64,000 nt of DNA, taken from contig CALXYB010000009.1 of NCBI GenBank assembly GCA_944392835.1, positions 3,597 through 67,596 on the forward strand. The letters run 5' to 3'. Below, one piece after another: positions 47,947 through 57,359 of the stretch. This stretch comes from an uncultured Alphaproteobacteria bacterium (lineage in GTDB: Bacteria; Pseudomonadota; Alphaproteobacteria; RF32; CAG-239). The notes under the pieces are model-generated. The model searched no databases and was not told the DNA's origin. It was given only the letters and a program-made list of their open reading frames with translations. The position numbers and the translations under genes were made by a program. Positions within the stretch are counted from its first letter, which is position 1. The number at the start of each line of letters is the position of its first letter.

Positions 47947-49206
47947 CTAAATTAAATTATCCAAAATCGGCTTGGTTGTTTTAAGCGTACGAATAATACG
48001 CGGAACCATAAATACAACCGTTTCAGACTTCGGCGATTTTACACCAAAAATCTGATTTGGAATACCGATAATCAAGAAGTTTTCACCTAATTTACTTCTG
48101 ACATCAAATTGCGTAATTTGACCTTTGGTTGCTTCTAAAGTAATATTTGAAAAAATGCGGTTGCCTTTTTCAAGAGAAGCTTTTGCTAAAATGGACAAGT
48201 CAGCTTCAACGGAATCTCTTCGCCCACATTTTCCAATATCAAAACGAGAGAACCAAAGGTTGGGTACAACAAATTTTCCTTCGGCAACTTGCATAACCAT
48301 TGCTTGCCGCCCCAAGAATTGGCGTAAAGTATTTATATTAAGCTCATTCGTTGTTGTTAACACACGACCAATAACGCCTGTCTGAGCGGTTGTAACCGTA
48401 CCAAAGTAAAAAGCTTTGAGCAAATCTTTCCATTCTACATCTTTTTCTTTATCATAGGGATAAATTCTGAAAACACTAACATCATAGGCAACCAATGTTG
48501 GGTTATTTTCAAAATATTTAATTAAATCCATAATTTTATTTTTGAGCTCAAAATCTGCGTCAAAAGTAACCGAATAATCCGCCCAATTCGTTGTCATATC
48601 CGTAATGCCGGAGCCGCGTAAAACGTCAAGCAAGCCGAGCATAATCGGCCGAGACTTCGGAACATAAAGCGTAAAGTTTGCTTTTCGGCTAATACGCATG
48701 GTTTTTTCGGTCGCATCATAGGAGTAATAAATTTCTCCGGCATCTGCAATCATATTAATCACTTCCGAAAACTCGCCACGCAAATTTTCAGCCGATATAC
48801 TGGCATAAGGGGCATCTTTTGCAATAAGCTTAATTCCAGCTTCTTTAGTTAATTTATACAAAGCTTTTTCCGCAGGCATTTTCTCAAACGAAAACCCCGT
48901 AACCTCAAATCTGGGAAGCGGATTATTTACCCCGTTTTTATCAAGCCGAAAAGCAGACATATTATAAGGCAAAGTCAAAATCATCTGCTGAGTATCCCAA
49001 TTAACACTACAGCGTAAAGGCGTTTCTAAATCAAGCTCATTAGCTCCCTTAGATGTACGTATCATGTTGGGATCTTGCGGATAGATAACATTGGCATTCA
49101 ACCTTTGACTGAGTGGAGGCAAAGGCTGAGGTTTTTCTGTCTTACAAGCAGAAAGCAAAACCAAGAGTCCAAAAAACGCAAAATATTTAAATAAATTAAA
49201 TTTCAT
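47947..49206 (-). CDS. Second, shortened secretin-like lipoprotein
   Basis: Lipobox LSAC; LRGEFSEVINMIA...IYYSYD N-domain; LVAYDVSVFRI and terminal TVVFMVPRII parallel PilN RQVAISVKVLQV and LVIMLTPVVL. Confidence 0.6.
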   Translation of the reverse strand: MKFNLFKYFAFFGLLVLLSACKTEKPQPLPPLSQRLNANVIYPQDPNMIRTSKGANELDLETPLRCSVNWDTQQMILTLPYNMSAFRLDKNGVNNPLPRFEVTGFSFEKMPAEKALYKLTKEAGIKLIAKDAPYASISAENLRGEFSEVINMIADAGEIYYSYDATEKTMRISRKANFTLYVPKSRPIMLGLLDVLRGSGITDMTTNWADYSVTFDADFELKNKIMDLIKYFENNPTLVAYDVSVFRIYPYDKEKDVEWKDLLKAFYFGTVTTAQTGVIGRVLTTTNELNINTLRQFLGRQAMVMQVAEGKFVVPNLWFSRFDIGKCGRRDSVEADLSILAKASLEKGNRIFSNITLEATKGQITQFDVRSKLGENFLIIGIPNQIFGVKSPKSETVVFMVPRIIRTLKTTKPILDNLI

Positions 49207-49212
49207 TCTGAC

Positions 49213-49998
49213 TTATTTTACCTCATTTTTTGCCGGAACAGCCTGTTGCGTGTCAGGATTAATCGGCTTTCTAATCTTTATAACCTTCTTTAGCTCATGT
49301 GTTGGGTTTGCGGGCTGGCCCCCGCCAGCTATTGGCTGGGTTTGAGATTGTTGAGGGGAAACAGCTTGAGTAGCCTGAGGAGAAGCCACAGGTTTCTCTT
49401 GAACTTGAGGCGACTGTGGTTGCATCGGCTGCATTTGTGCTGCCGAGACAGGTTGTGTCGGTTGAGACTGCGCAGGCTTAGGAGCAGGTTGGATAGGGGG
49501 AACATCTTGTGGTTGCTCATAAGCGCCTTGCCCAATATTGTTTTGCGCCATTAATTTTTCCATGAGCTGGTCCATATTCATGCCAGCACCGACGGTCGGA
49601 TCAACTGTTTTATCAAACTCCCCTAAAGCCTCTCTTAATTTTTCAACTTCATGAGCATCTTCTTTAATCATATCTGGAGAAGAATTATTTTTTAGCTCTA
49701 ACTGATATTCAGCCAAGCTTTTTTTCAAAGCCTCAACACCGCCGGCAATTTTCTTTTCAACATAGGGATAAAGTTCTTTATGCTCTAAAATATAATCGCC
49801 TGTCTCACTAATCTCTTCCAAAACATCTAAAATATAGCCATAGAATTTATATTCTTCCATGGCAATATTACCCATACGCACACAACGAGCCGCAATTCTG
49901 GAAATTGTGCGGTCGTAATAATCTTTGAGCAAGATATAATTATCCAAATACCAGAGACTTTCTTTACTGGCACCGGTAGGCGATGTATTTTGTTCCAT
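49213..49998 (-). CDS. Hypothetical protein, helical N-domain plus Gln/Pro-rich tail
   Basis: RBS AAGGAG, operon position. Confidence 0.65.
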   Translation of the reverse strand: MEQNTSPTGASKESLWYLDNYILLKDYYDRTISRIAARCVRMGNIAMEEYKFYGYILDVLEEISETGDYILEHKELYPYVEKKIAGGVEALKKSLAEYQLELKNNSSPDMIKEDAHEVEKLREALGEFDKTVDPTVGAGMNMDQLMEKLMAQNNIGQGAYEQPQDVPPIQPAPKPAQSQPTQPVSAAQMQPMQPQSPQVQEKPVASPQATQAVSPQQSQTQPIAGGGQPANPTHELKKVIKIRKPINPDTQQAVPAKNEVK

Positions 49999-50062
49999 AT
50001 TCAACTCCTTACATTCTAATCTAAAATAGCCTAGTCGGTTTGTAAATTATTTTCTATGAGCT

Positions 50063-53000
50063 TTACCCAACTATATCATCTTTGGGAGTATAAGGTTCTT
50101 TAGAATCTTTATCTTTATTTATTTCAGCAATGCCAAAGTCCAAATTATCAAATGCGAGGGGCATATTCTCGTCAGAGGATTTATATAAGCTGTCCTGAAA
50201 GATTAAATCTCCATTATACAGGGGGTTATTACTGTCTTCAGAACTATCGGCATCTCCAAAGATAATATTATTCTCTGCAGTCTTTAACGATTCTGAATTA
50301 TTTTGCATTTCAGACATACTATCAGAGATTGGGTCTTCTTCATAATCCCACTCCCAATCCCCATCCTCACCGGATTCATCCGAAGTTTCCGCAGACAAGT
50401 TTTGCGCTCCATTAGTCGGAATGTTGCTATCTGTGCTCATTCCTTCTTCAGGGGTTGTATCTTCTTCATAATCCCATTCCCAATCACCATCGTCTCCGGC
50501 TTCACCAGATGCTTCCATCGTCAGCTTTTGCGTTTCATCAGTCGGAATGTTGCTATCTGAGCTCATTTCTGCTTCGGGAGCTGTATCTTCTTCATAATCC
50601 CACTCCCAATCGTCAGAGTTTTGAGTTTCTTCTTCAGATGTTTCTAAAAGAGAAGTATTGTTAATATCGGCTCCCGGCGCCGTCTCAAGAACCTCAGTAG
50701 AAGTCTCCTCAGGCACTTCTTCCCAAGTCCATTCGCCTTCATCACTTTCGGAAGCCGTATCGCTGACATCAGCCTCCGGCGCAGTCTCAAGAACTTCAGT
50801 AGAAGTATCCTCTGGCACTTCTTCCCAAGTCCATTCACTCTCATCACTTTCGGAAGCAGTATCGCTGACATCAGCTTCCGGCGCCGTCTCAAGAGTTTCA
50901 GCAGAAGTATCCTCGGGCACTTCTTCCCAAGCACATTCACTCTCATCACTTTCGGAAGCAGTATCGCTGACATCAGCCTCCGGCGCAGTCTCAAGAACTT
51001 CAGTAGAAGTATCCTCTGGCACTTCTTCCCAAGTCCATTCACTCTCATCACTTTCGGAGGTGGTATCGCTGACATCTGCTTCCGGCGCAGTCTCAAGAAC
51101 TTCAGTAGAAGTCTCCTCAGGCACTTCTTCCCAAGTCCATTCGCCTTCATCACTTTCGGAAGCCGTATCGCTGACATCAGCCTCCGGCGCAGTCTCAAGA
51201 ACTTCAGTAGAAGTATCCTCTGGCACTTCTTCCCAAGTCCATTCACTCTCATCACTTTCGGAAGCAGTATCGCTGACATCAGCTTCCGGCGCCGTCTCAA
51301 GAACCTCAGTAGAAGTCTCCTCTGGCACTTCTTCCCAAGTCCATTCACTCTCATCACTTTCGGAAGATGCGGTATTTATCTCCGGAGTTCTTTCAGTCTC
51401 GCTTTCTTTAATATTTTCCAAAGCTTGAGATGGATTATCTTCATTTGTTAAAGAATCAATGTCTATATTATCCAGACCAGGTAAATCCTGCAAAGATAAG
51501 TCAGTATTTTCTTCTACCTTTTCATCTTTAATCTTATTATCTTTTTTGAATAGTGATGAAGCTAAAGAAGATAAACCATCTTTAATCTTTGATGCAGCTT
51601 GAGCAGCTCCGTCATCAAATAATGAAAAATCCAGACCGCTTGAATCTTCAATACCATCTGAGGTCTTGTTTTTCTTTTTCTTTTTTTTCTTTTTTTTCTT
51701 AAGTGGCGATTCCATATTTTCTGATGTTTCCGAAAGCACATCAACCATTTCTTTGGCACTACTTTCATCATCAGCCAGAGCATTTATAGCAGTCTGTTTT
51801 GATGTGTTATTTTCGCCGGAAAATAGTTCAGCCAGCTCATCGTTTCCAGAAGATGGATTAGCTTCCGGAATTTGAAAATTTGTATCTCTTTCCTCACTTG
51901 CCGGAATATGCCTTGCCTGAGAAAAATGTTCATCTCGTACATATACGGGTTGAGCCGAAGTCTTAGCAGCAAATTTTGCCTGCTCTTCAAAAAACTTACG
52001 ATTCTCTTTTTGAATCTTCTCAATCGCTTCAGCAATTGTTTTGCTGGAAAGTTGCTGGCTTTCTTTCAGTGCAACGGAAATAATTGCAGATAACTCTTTT
52101 GTCTGAGTCTGCGCCATTTCTTTGAATAACTCAGATTGCGCTTTAACAATACCCTTAACCATATCTTCCATTGGGGGCATGGGTGCGGTATTAATTTGAA
52201 TATTATTCGCATTGTTGTTGCTGCTGTTGCTTGCTGCCATAGTATTGTGTTGCATAATCATTTGAGCCATTCTGTCTTGCGATTCCCGAATAGCATCTAA
52301 GATTTCCTGATTACTCCCGCCGTTTGTTAAGGCAGATTCTTTTCCGCCGCCCAAAGATTTTATAGGTAGCTTTTGCAATGCAAGAGCATTATCAGCTAAG
52401 GCTTGAGCCATTTTTTCCTGAGAGGCAATAATGGATTTTGTTAATGCAGAATTATCTGTTTTTTCAGCAAAGATTTTTGCCATCTTCTCTTGCGAGGCTA
52501 TAACGGCTGCCGCTAATTGTTTATTTCCTGTCTGAATTTGGGTTTCATTAAATTTCAGAGCTTGGGAAAATGCCGCTGCAATTTCTTTGGCAAAAGATGA
52601 ATCTGCAACAACTTTAACATTGCCACTCATAATAGGAGCCTGAGCCATTTGCGGAGCTTGGGTATAAACAGGTTGAGCTTGAGGAGATGCGTCAGATTGC
52701 AGCTTTGCTGCAGCTTGGGCTTGAGCCTCAGCTAAAGCTGTTGCCAAAATTTTGGCTTTAGATAATTCTTCGCTTAACTCAGGTGATGTGGTTTCATGAA
52801 CAAACTCCCCTGAGTGGTCTCTGATAACGCCAGCGCTTTGTTCCAAATCATCAACATATTCCTGCAGCAAAGAACCGCCGGGCAGGGAGCTAAACATGCC
52901 TCTGATTTCCGGAGGTTGTTCCAAAATCATCTTATTGAAAGCATCTTTTCTTTCTTTACTAAAGATATGCAATTGGCGAAAAATATTTAAAAAACGTTGC

Positions 53001-53086
53001 GCAATGATGATGGGATCTTCTCCATCACCATGGCTTTTTTTAAATTTTTTGCGGTTGTCCGCATTTTTATCATAAGTATCAATCAC
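50063..53086 (-). CDS. Large acidic cytoplasmic protein with coiled coils, poly-Lys tract and Trp-acidic tandem repeats
   Basis: 1007-aa ORF; repeats preserve frame. Confidence 0.75.
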   Translation of the reverse strand: MIDTYDKNADNRKKFKKSHGDGEDPIIIAQRFLNIFRQLHIFSKERKDAFNKMILEQPPEIRGMFSSLPGGSLLQEYVDDLEQSAGVIRDHSGEFVHETTSPELSEELSKAKILATALAEAQAQAAAKLQSDASPQAQPVYTQAPQMAQAPIMSGNVKVVADSSFAKEIAAAFSQALKFNETQIQTGNKQLAAAVIASQEKMAKIFAEKTDNSALTKSIIASQEKMAQALADNALALQKLPIKSLGGGKESALTNGGSNQEILDAIRESQDRMAQMIMQHNTMAASNSSNNNANNIQINTAPMPPMEDMVKGIVKAQSELFKEMAQTQTKELSAIISVALKESQQLSSKTIAEAIEKIQKENRKFFEEQAKFAAKTSAQPVYVRDEHFSQARHIPASEERDTNFQIPEANPSSGNDELAELFSGENNTSKQTAINALADDESSAKEMVDVLSETSENMESPLKKKKKKKKKKNKTSDGIEDSSGLDFSLFDDGAAQAASKIKDGLSSLASSLFKKDNKIKDEKVEENTDLSLQDLPGLDNIDIDSLTNEDNPSQALENIKESETERTPEINTASSESDESEWTWEEVPEETSTEVLETAPEADVSDTASESDESEWTWEEVPEDTSTEVLETAPEADVSDTASESDEGEWTWEEVPEETSTEVLETAPEADVSDTTSESDESEWTWEEVPEDTSTEVLETAPEADVSDTASESDESECAWEEVPEDTSAETLETAPEADVSDTASESDESEWTWEEVPEDTSTEVLETAPEADVSDTASESDEGEWTWEEVPEETSTEVLETAPGADINNTSLLETSEEETQNSDDWEWDYEEDTAPEAEMSSDSNIPTDETQKLTMEASGEAGDDGDWEWDYEEDTTPEEGMSTDSNIPTNGAQNLSAETSDESGEDGDWEWDYEEDPISDSMSEMQNNSESLKTAENNIIFGDADSSEDSNNPLYNGDLIFQDSLYKSSDENMPLAFDNLDFGIAEINKDKDSKEPYTPKDDIVG
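50335..50615 (-). repeat. 126-bp coding repeat (DWEWDYEED core x3)
   Basis: CATAATCCCA recurs at 50341, 50467 and 50593. Confidence 0.85.
50665..51365 (-). repeat. 102-bp coding tandem repeat x7 (SESDESEWTWEEVPEETSTEVLETAPEADVSDTA)
   Basis: Near-identical units with exact 102-bp period. Confidence 0.95.
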
Positions 53087-53187
53087 TTACTTAGCCTAAG
53101 ATTCGCAACATTATATTTAAACTTCATCCATATTACAGATTTTAAGCTTAATGTTGTAAATTTCAGGTTAACAAAGAAAAGAGATGT

Positions 53188-53220
53188 AAAAAAAAACTCC
53201 GCTTTCGCGGAGTTTTTTTT
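53188..53220. terminator. Terminator after the double-HTH regulator
   Basis: A-run-CTCCGC-tttc-GCGGAG-T-run. Confidence 0.85.
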
Positions 53221-53221
53221 A

Positions 53222-54202
53222 TTATAAGTCAATAGCAACAATTTTATGGATTTTGCTTAATTCATCATTTCCAATTTCAATTTTTTCATCAGGATTCCAA
53301 CGTAAACCATAAAGCTGACCATTTTCATCTTCTCTGATGCTTAAAAGCTTTGCTTCTTTTTCATCTTCAAAATACAATGCAATATCGCCTACGCTGACAA
53401 CATCCTGCGGATCAACGAATAAGATTGAACGTGTCGGCAATAAAGAACCCAAACGTCTGGTGCAAAGATTAATGGCATAAGCATCTTTCTTGTTAAAGAG
53501 CTTAACCGGACGCTGAACCTTTTTGGTTTCTTCATCAAAGTCAACAATAATGTTGCCATCTTTTCCAGCTGTGCCATAAACAGATATTTTAAGATTCTCC
53601 TGAGTATTACTAACAGCATTTGAAAATGCCGAAATAGCACCGCGAGGAGTAGACAAGAGTTTATATTTAGCATCATTACGTTGGATAATTTCTTCCAACA
53701 TTCCTTTGTCTTCCAAGCTTTTAATCTCTTCTTTTAGCTTTTCTGGAGCCATATCTAAAGCTTTGGCAATATTCTTAAATTCTTTGTCGGATACTTCTCT
53801 CTGTCCCATCTCAATACGATGGTAAACAGACAAAGTCATATCAGCGCTTTCGGCTACCTCAATCAAAGTTAAATTCTTCTCGTTTCTGATTTGACGAAGG
53901 CCGGCACCCAAAGTTTTCAAGCCGCTTTTTTCATTAATCTTGTTTCTTCTTTCCTGCTCACGCCGCCAAGATTGCACAATTTCCTGTTGAGAATTTTGTT
54001 CATTAACAAACAGCTCCTGCAAGGGGCAATCCAAAAATTCAGCAACGCGAACCAATTGTTCCTGATCTACACGACGATAACCTTTTTCAATTTTTGAAAT
54101 AGCAGAGAGACTAACGCCTAAGTGATCTGCTAATTCCTGCATGGAGCGACCGCGCAGTCTTCTAAACATTCTTATTTGGTTTGGGAAAATAATTTCTTCC
54201 AT
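53222..54202 (-). CDS. Tandem XRE-HTH regulator with degenerate S24/LexA-like C-terminal domain
   Basis: Two HTH_3 domains (SMQELA...AISKIEKG; TLIEVAE...YHRIEMG); VYGTAG..G, DAYAI, ILFVDP...GD. Confidence 0.8.
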   Translation of the reverse strand: MEEIIFPNQIRMFRRLRGRSMQELADHLGVSLSAISKIEKGYRRVDQEQLVRVAEFLDCPLQELFVNEQNSQQEIVQSWRREQERRNKINEKSGLKTLGAGLRQIRNEKNLTLIEVAESADMTLSVYHRIEMGQREVSDKEFKNIAKALDMAPEKLKEEIKSLEDKGMLEEIIQRNDAKYKLLSTPRGAISAFSNAVSNTQENLKISVYGTAGKDGNIIVDFDEETKKVQRPVKLFNKKDAYAINLCTRRLGSLLPTRSILFVDPQDVVSVGDIALYFEDEKEAKLLSIREDENGQLYGLRWNPDEKIEIGNDELSKIHKIVAIDL

Positions 54203-54323
54203 AGTATGTTTATCCTTTTGCTGTAAAGAACAAGATGATTTATTAACCAAATAATAATTACTAGCAACTTATTAATCAAGAAAATAGTACAAAAAAAGAC
54301 AATTTGTGTACAAATTATGCACA

Positions 54324-54352
54324 AAAGGAAGCCTTTGAAAAAGGCTTCCTTT
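54324..54352 (-). terminator. Terminator after the virB6 array
   Basis: AAAGGAAGCCTTT-gaa-AAAGGCTTCCTTT. Confidence 0.8.
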
Positions 54353-54382
54353 AAATTTTTTTAAGATAAAAAGGTATTGATT

Positions 54383-57346
54383 TTATTTAGAAAATTCTCT
54401 TATTTGCTCGGGCTGACCATAAGTAGCGATTTGTTCCGCCATTAAATCTAAGTCATCTTTTCCGAACATAATTTTGTCTTTTGGTACACCTCTTGAAATA
54501 ACTCCGTTGGAGTCCATAGGCTTAGCGCTGCGTTTCGCATAGTAATCAGAAAAAGCATACTTGTTTTTAATAGATGAGGTATCAACTTTTCCATCTTTAT
54601 AAACATAGCTTGAACGACGATTGATGATACCATCAGAACTGAATTTAAGTGCCGAACCATCAGCACGAACTTTTTCTACCGAAGTCATAACTCTGTCACC
54701 ATCAATCTTCATACTGAAGTTTGTGGTTGAACCATCAACATTTACTTGTTTAATCTCAAACGAACCATCATCATTTATAACAGCCGTACGAGAAGCAAAG
54801 ACTTTATCCATATTGGCAAGGTCAGAGTTAGGCATTCTTTCCTTTAATACTTGTTGCAAAATGGCAGTATTAACCAATTCTGGAGCCAAAGTTGAGTTCT
54901 GCTTCAAGACATTGACTGCAACCATATTGAGAGAACCATCTTTGTTCGTCAGGGTTTTGCATGCCGCTGAATCAATTTTAATACTTTGTTTCAGAAGCTT
55001 GCCGTCTTTTCCGTATTTATTTTTAACGGTAATATATTTGTCGGTTGTCGTCGTATTATCGTGGCTAAGCATTCCCAACATTTTAATCTTAGATTTTTGG
55101 TTGGTTATTGAGTAATTGCCGTTAGCATCTTGTGAAACGGTTCGTGTTACTTTTCTTCCATACCAGTTTCTAACCGTAGCTGTAACGCTTCCGTCATCAT
55201 TAGTTTTGGCATTACTGCTATTAAGTGCTCTTTTAGCCATATAATCAACTTTAGCCGAATGAGCTATATCATGAATACCGTTACCCATTTGTTTGCCGAC
55301 CCATTTTGTGCCTTTCAATGTTTTACCTCCGGCACCGATAGCGGCTTGAGTCGCGACGTTATTAACCATACCGCCAAACGGAGAGCCAATAGGCTTAATG
55401 GTGAAAGCACCTTTAGTGAATGATTTAGCAAAGGACTGAGCTTGGTCTAATACGGCCCAGCCTAAGAACATCCAGAAAACAAGTTTCAAGAAACGAATAG
55501 TCCACCAGGCTAAACCTTCTGCAGCATCCAAAATAAATTTGTAAGAAGAATCGCTTCCTACTCCTTTTACGCGGTCATTCATAACTTCGGCCATAATTTG
55601 TTCAATACCGGTTGTTATGATAAATATCACAATGGTTAAGAATAAGAAGGTAAACATAGCCATCATAAAGGTTTCCCACACTTTGGATACATATTTTTTC
55701 CGAGTAATAGGGAAGGCATAAGCAGCAATGGCAACCGGGATTAAAGCTGAAGCAATACTTAATTGTAAAATAGAATCAATCAAAAGCCACGGATAAATAA
55801 GCATTAACATAATACCGGCAATCCAAAGGACAAGACCCACAATCAGATAGCCCAGATGAGGAAGCAACCAAATACCATGGAAACTTTCAACTTTTACTGC
55901 AATGCATAAAGAAGTTGAACCAATGGTCAAAACATCCAAAATTTTGCCTTGAATACTTTGAATCGTACAAAGTATGTTGTTTCCGATAGAAGAAGGTAAT
56001 CCTCCATTTTCTGTAACCTGAGTAAATCCGGAACAAGTTTGTCCTGTTTGACCAGATGTAACCAATTGCGCTAAAGCCATACCAGTATTAAATACAGGAG
56101 TAACAATCAAATTAATAAATTCTTGGATATCAGACTTCAAAATAACAACGACACAAACGACCACAAAAGCTTGATTCAAAATAGTTTTAATAAGCGTTCT
56201 GGGTTCTTTGACATCAAAAGCAGATATAAACTTCAAAATTGTTATGGCTAGCCACAAAGCCATTCCGATAATGACTAAATCAACCATAGCATCGGACAAA
56301 GATGTGTAAGAAAGTTTAGCCAAGTTACTTGCTGTATCAAATAATACGCGGAATAAATCACAGAAAATACATCCTGTATAAGAATTTCTATAAGCTTCAA
56401 TATTGCATTTTTCAGAAGCTATGGCATTTTCTGCAATTATATCAGGACTATAAGCAGTTGATGGTACAACAGCGTTTTGGCTGGCAAAATCCGTATTCCC
56501 GGTCCAAGAAAATTTCTCATTCTGCTTTTTAGCTTGTTCTTGCCAATAGTTTGTTGAATCCATATTTAAATCATTATATTCACCGTCAATAGAATTTTCA
56601 GACGACTGACATTCCGGAGCATTGGGATTTTGTTTACATTCAACGCGGCATTGATTAGGGTTAAAATTTGCATAACACTTACCGCACAGAGATTGAATCT
56701 CATCACACATCGGGTTAATAACTTGACCATATTCAGTATCTCTGATTTCAAAATGCAAGTGCTCTTTATAGTGATTAGGAAGTAAAACGCCGCCTTTACA
56801 AGAAGAACCACCAGATTTTCCGATAACCTCACCCTTTTTTACGATTTGCCCTTGAGAAACCAACATCTGAGAAAGGTGAGCATAAACCGTAACAAAACTA
56901 GAACCCTTACCATCTTGTCTTTTGTGTCTGAGAACAATTTTAAGACCATAATCCGTAGAACAATCATTTGCACGTTCAACGACGCCATCAGCCGCTGCCG
57001 TAACATTTGTTCCTTTAACGACGGCATAGTCCATACCTTTATGTTGTCGCGTTGAGGAACGCATACAAACATCTTCAGGGACACGAGCAACATTGCCAGT
57101 AACAGGCATAGTGTTAATACAGTTTTGATAAGAGTTATTCAGTTTTTTTAAACAATCAGCCGAAATATCATAACGAGTTACCAGATTACCATTTTTATCT
57201 TTTGGACAGCTTTTCCAATTAACACCACAATCAGCGCCGCAATCATCCGCCGCCCAAACGGGATTTATTTCTGCAAAAAACGGAAATAGTCCGAATATCG
57301 CCAGAATGGTAATTCTTTTCAAATATGTCAAAGTTCTGTTTGTCAT
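54383..57346 (-). CDS. M23 peptidase-VirB6/TrbL fusion protein
   Basis: HKGMD, AAADGVV, YG, YAHL, GEVIGKSG, HLHFEIR, INP; then CIFC and a polytopic VirB6-like core. Confidence 0.8.
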   Translation of the reverse strand: MTNRTLTYLKRITILAIFGLFPFFAEINPVWAADDCGADCGVNWKSCPKDKNGNLVTRYDISADCLKKLNNSYQNCINTMPVTGNVARVPEDVCMRSSTRQHKGMDYAVVKGTNVTAAADGVVERANDCSTDYGLKIVLRHKRQDGKGSSFVTVYAHLSQMLVSQGQIVKKGEVIGKSGGSSCKGGVLLPNHYKEHLHFEIRDTEYGQVINPMCDEIQSLCGKCYANFNPNQCRVECKQNPNAPECQSSENSIDGEYNDLNMDSTNYWQEQAKKQNEKFSWTGNTDFASQNAVVPSTAYSPDIIAENAIASEKCNIEAYRNSYTGCIFCDLFRVLFDTASNLAKLSYTSLSDAMVDLVIIGMALWLAITILKFISAFDVKEPRTLIKTILNQAFVVVCVVVILKSDIQEFINLIVTPVFNTGMALAQLVTSGQTGQTCSGFTQVTENGGLPSSIGNNILCTIQSIQGKILDVLTIGSTSLCIAVKVESFHGIWLLPHLGYLIVGLVLWIAGIMLMLIYPWLLIDSILQLSIASALIPVAIAAYAFPITRKKYVSKVWETFMMAMFTFLFLTIVIFIITTGIEQIMAEVMNDRVKGVGSDSSYKFILDAAEGLAWWTIRFLKLVFWMFLGWAVLDQAQSFAKSFTKGAFTIKPIGSPFGGMVNNVATQAAIGAGGKTLKGTKWVGKQMGNGIHDIAHSAKVDYMAKRALNSSNAKTNDDGSVTATVRNWYGRKVTRTVSQDANGNYSITNQKSKIKMLGMLSHDNTTTTDKYITVKNKYGKDGKLLKQSIKIDSAACKTLTNKDGSLNMVAVNVLKQNSTLAPELVNTAILQQVLKERMPNSDLANMDKVFASRTAVINDDGSFEIKQVNVDGSTTNFSMKIDGDRVMTSVEKVRADGSALKFSSDGIINRRSSYVYKDGKVDTSSIKNKYAFSDYYAKRSAKPMDSNGVISRGVPKDKIMFGKDDLDLMAEQIATYGQPEQIREFSK

Positions 57347-57359
57347 TTTGGCCACCTAA

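Noticed and set aside
50665..51365. Regular repeat array as a possible CRISPR
   Set aside because: Whole 102-bp units repeat with no unique spacers, they are in frame within a CDS, and no cas genes are present.
50644..51428. 237-aa and 256-aa ORFs overlapping the repeat
   Set aside because: Shadow frames kept open by the stop-free tandem repeat.
51668..51700. T-rich tract as a phase-variable homopolymer or terminator
   Set aside because: It is interrupted by C residues and encodes an in-frame poly-Lys stretch with mixed AAA/AAG codons.
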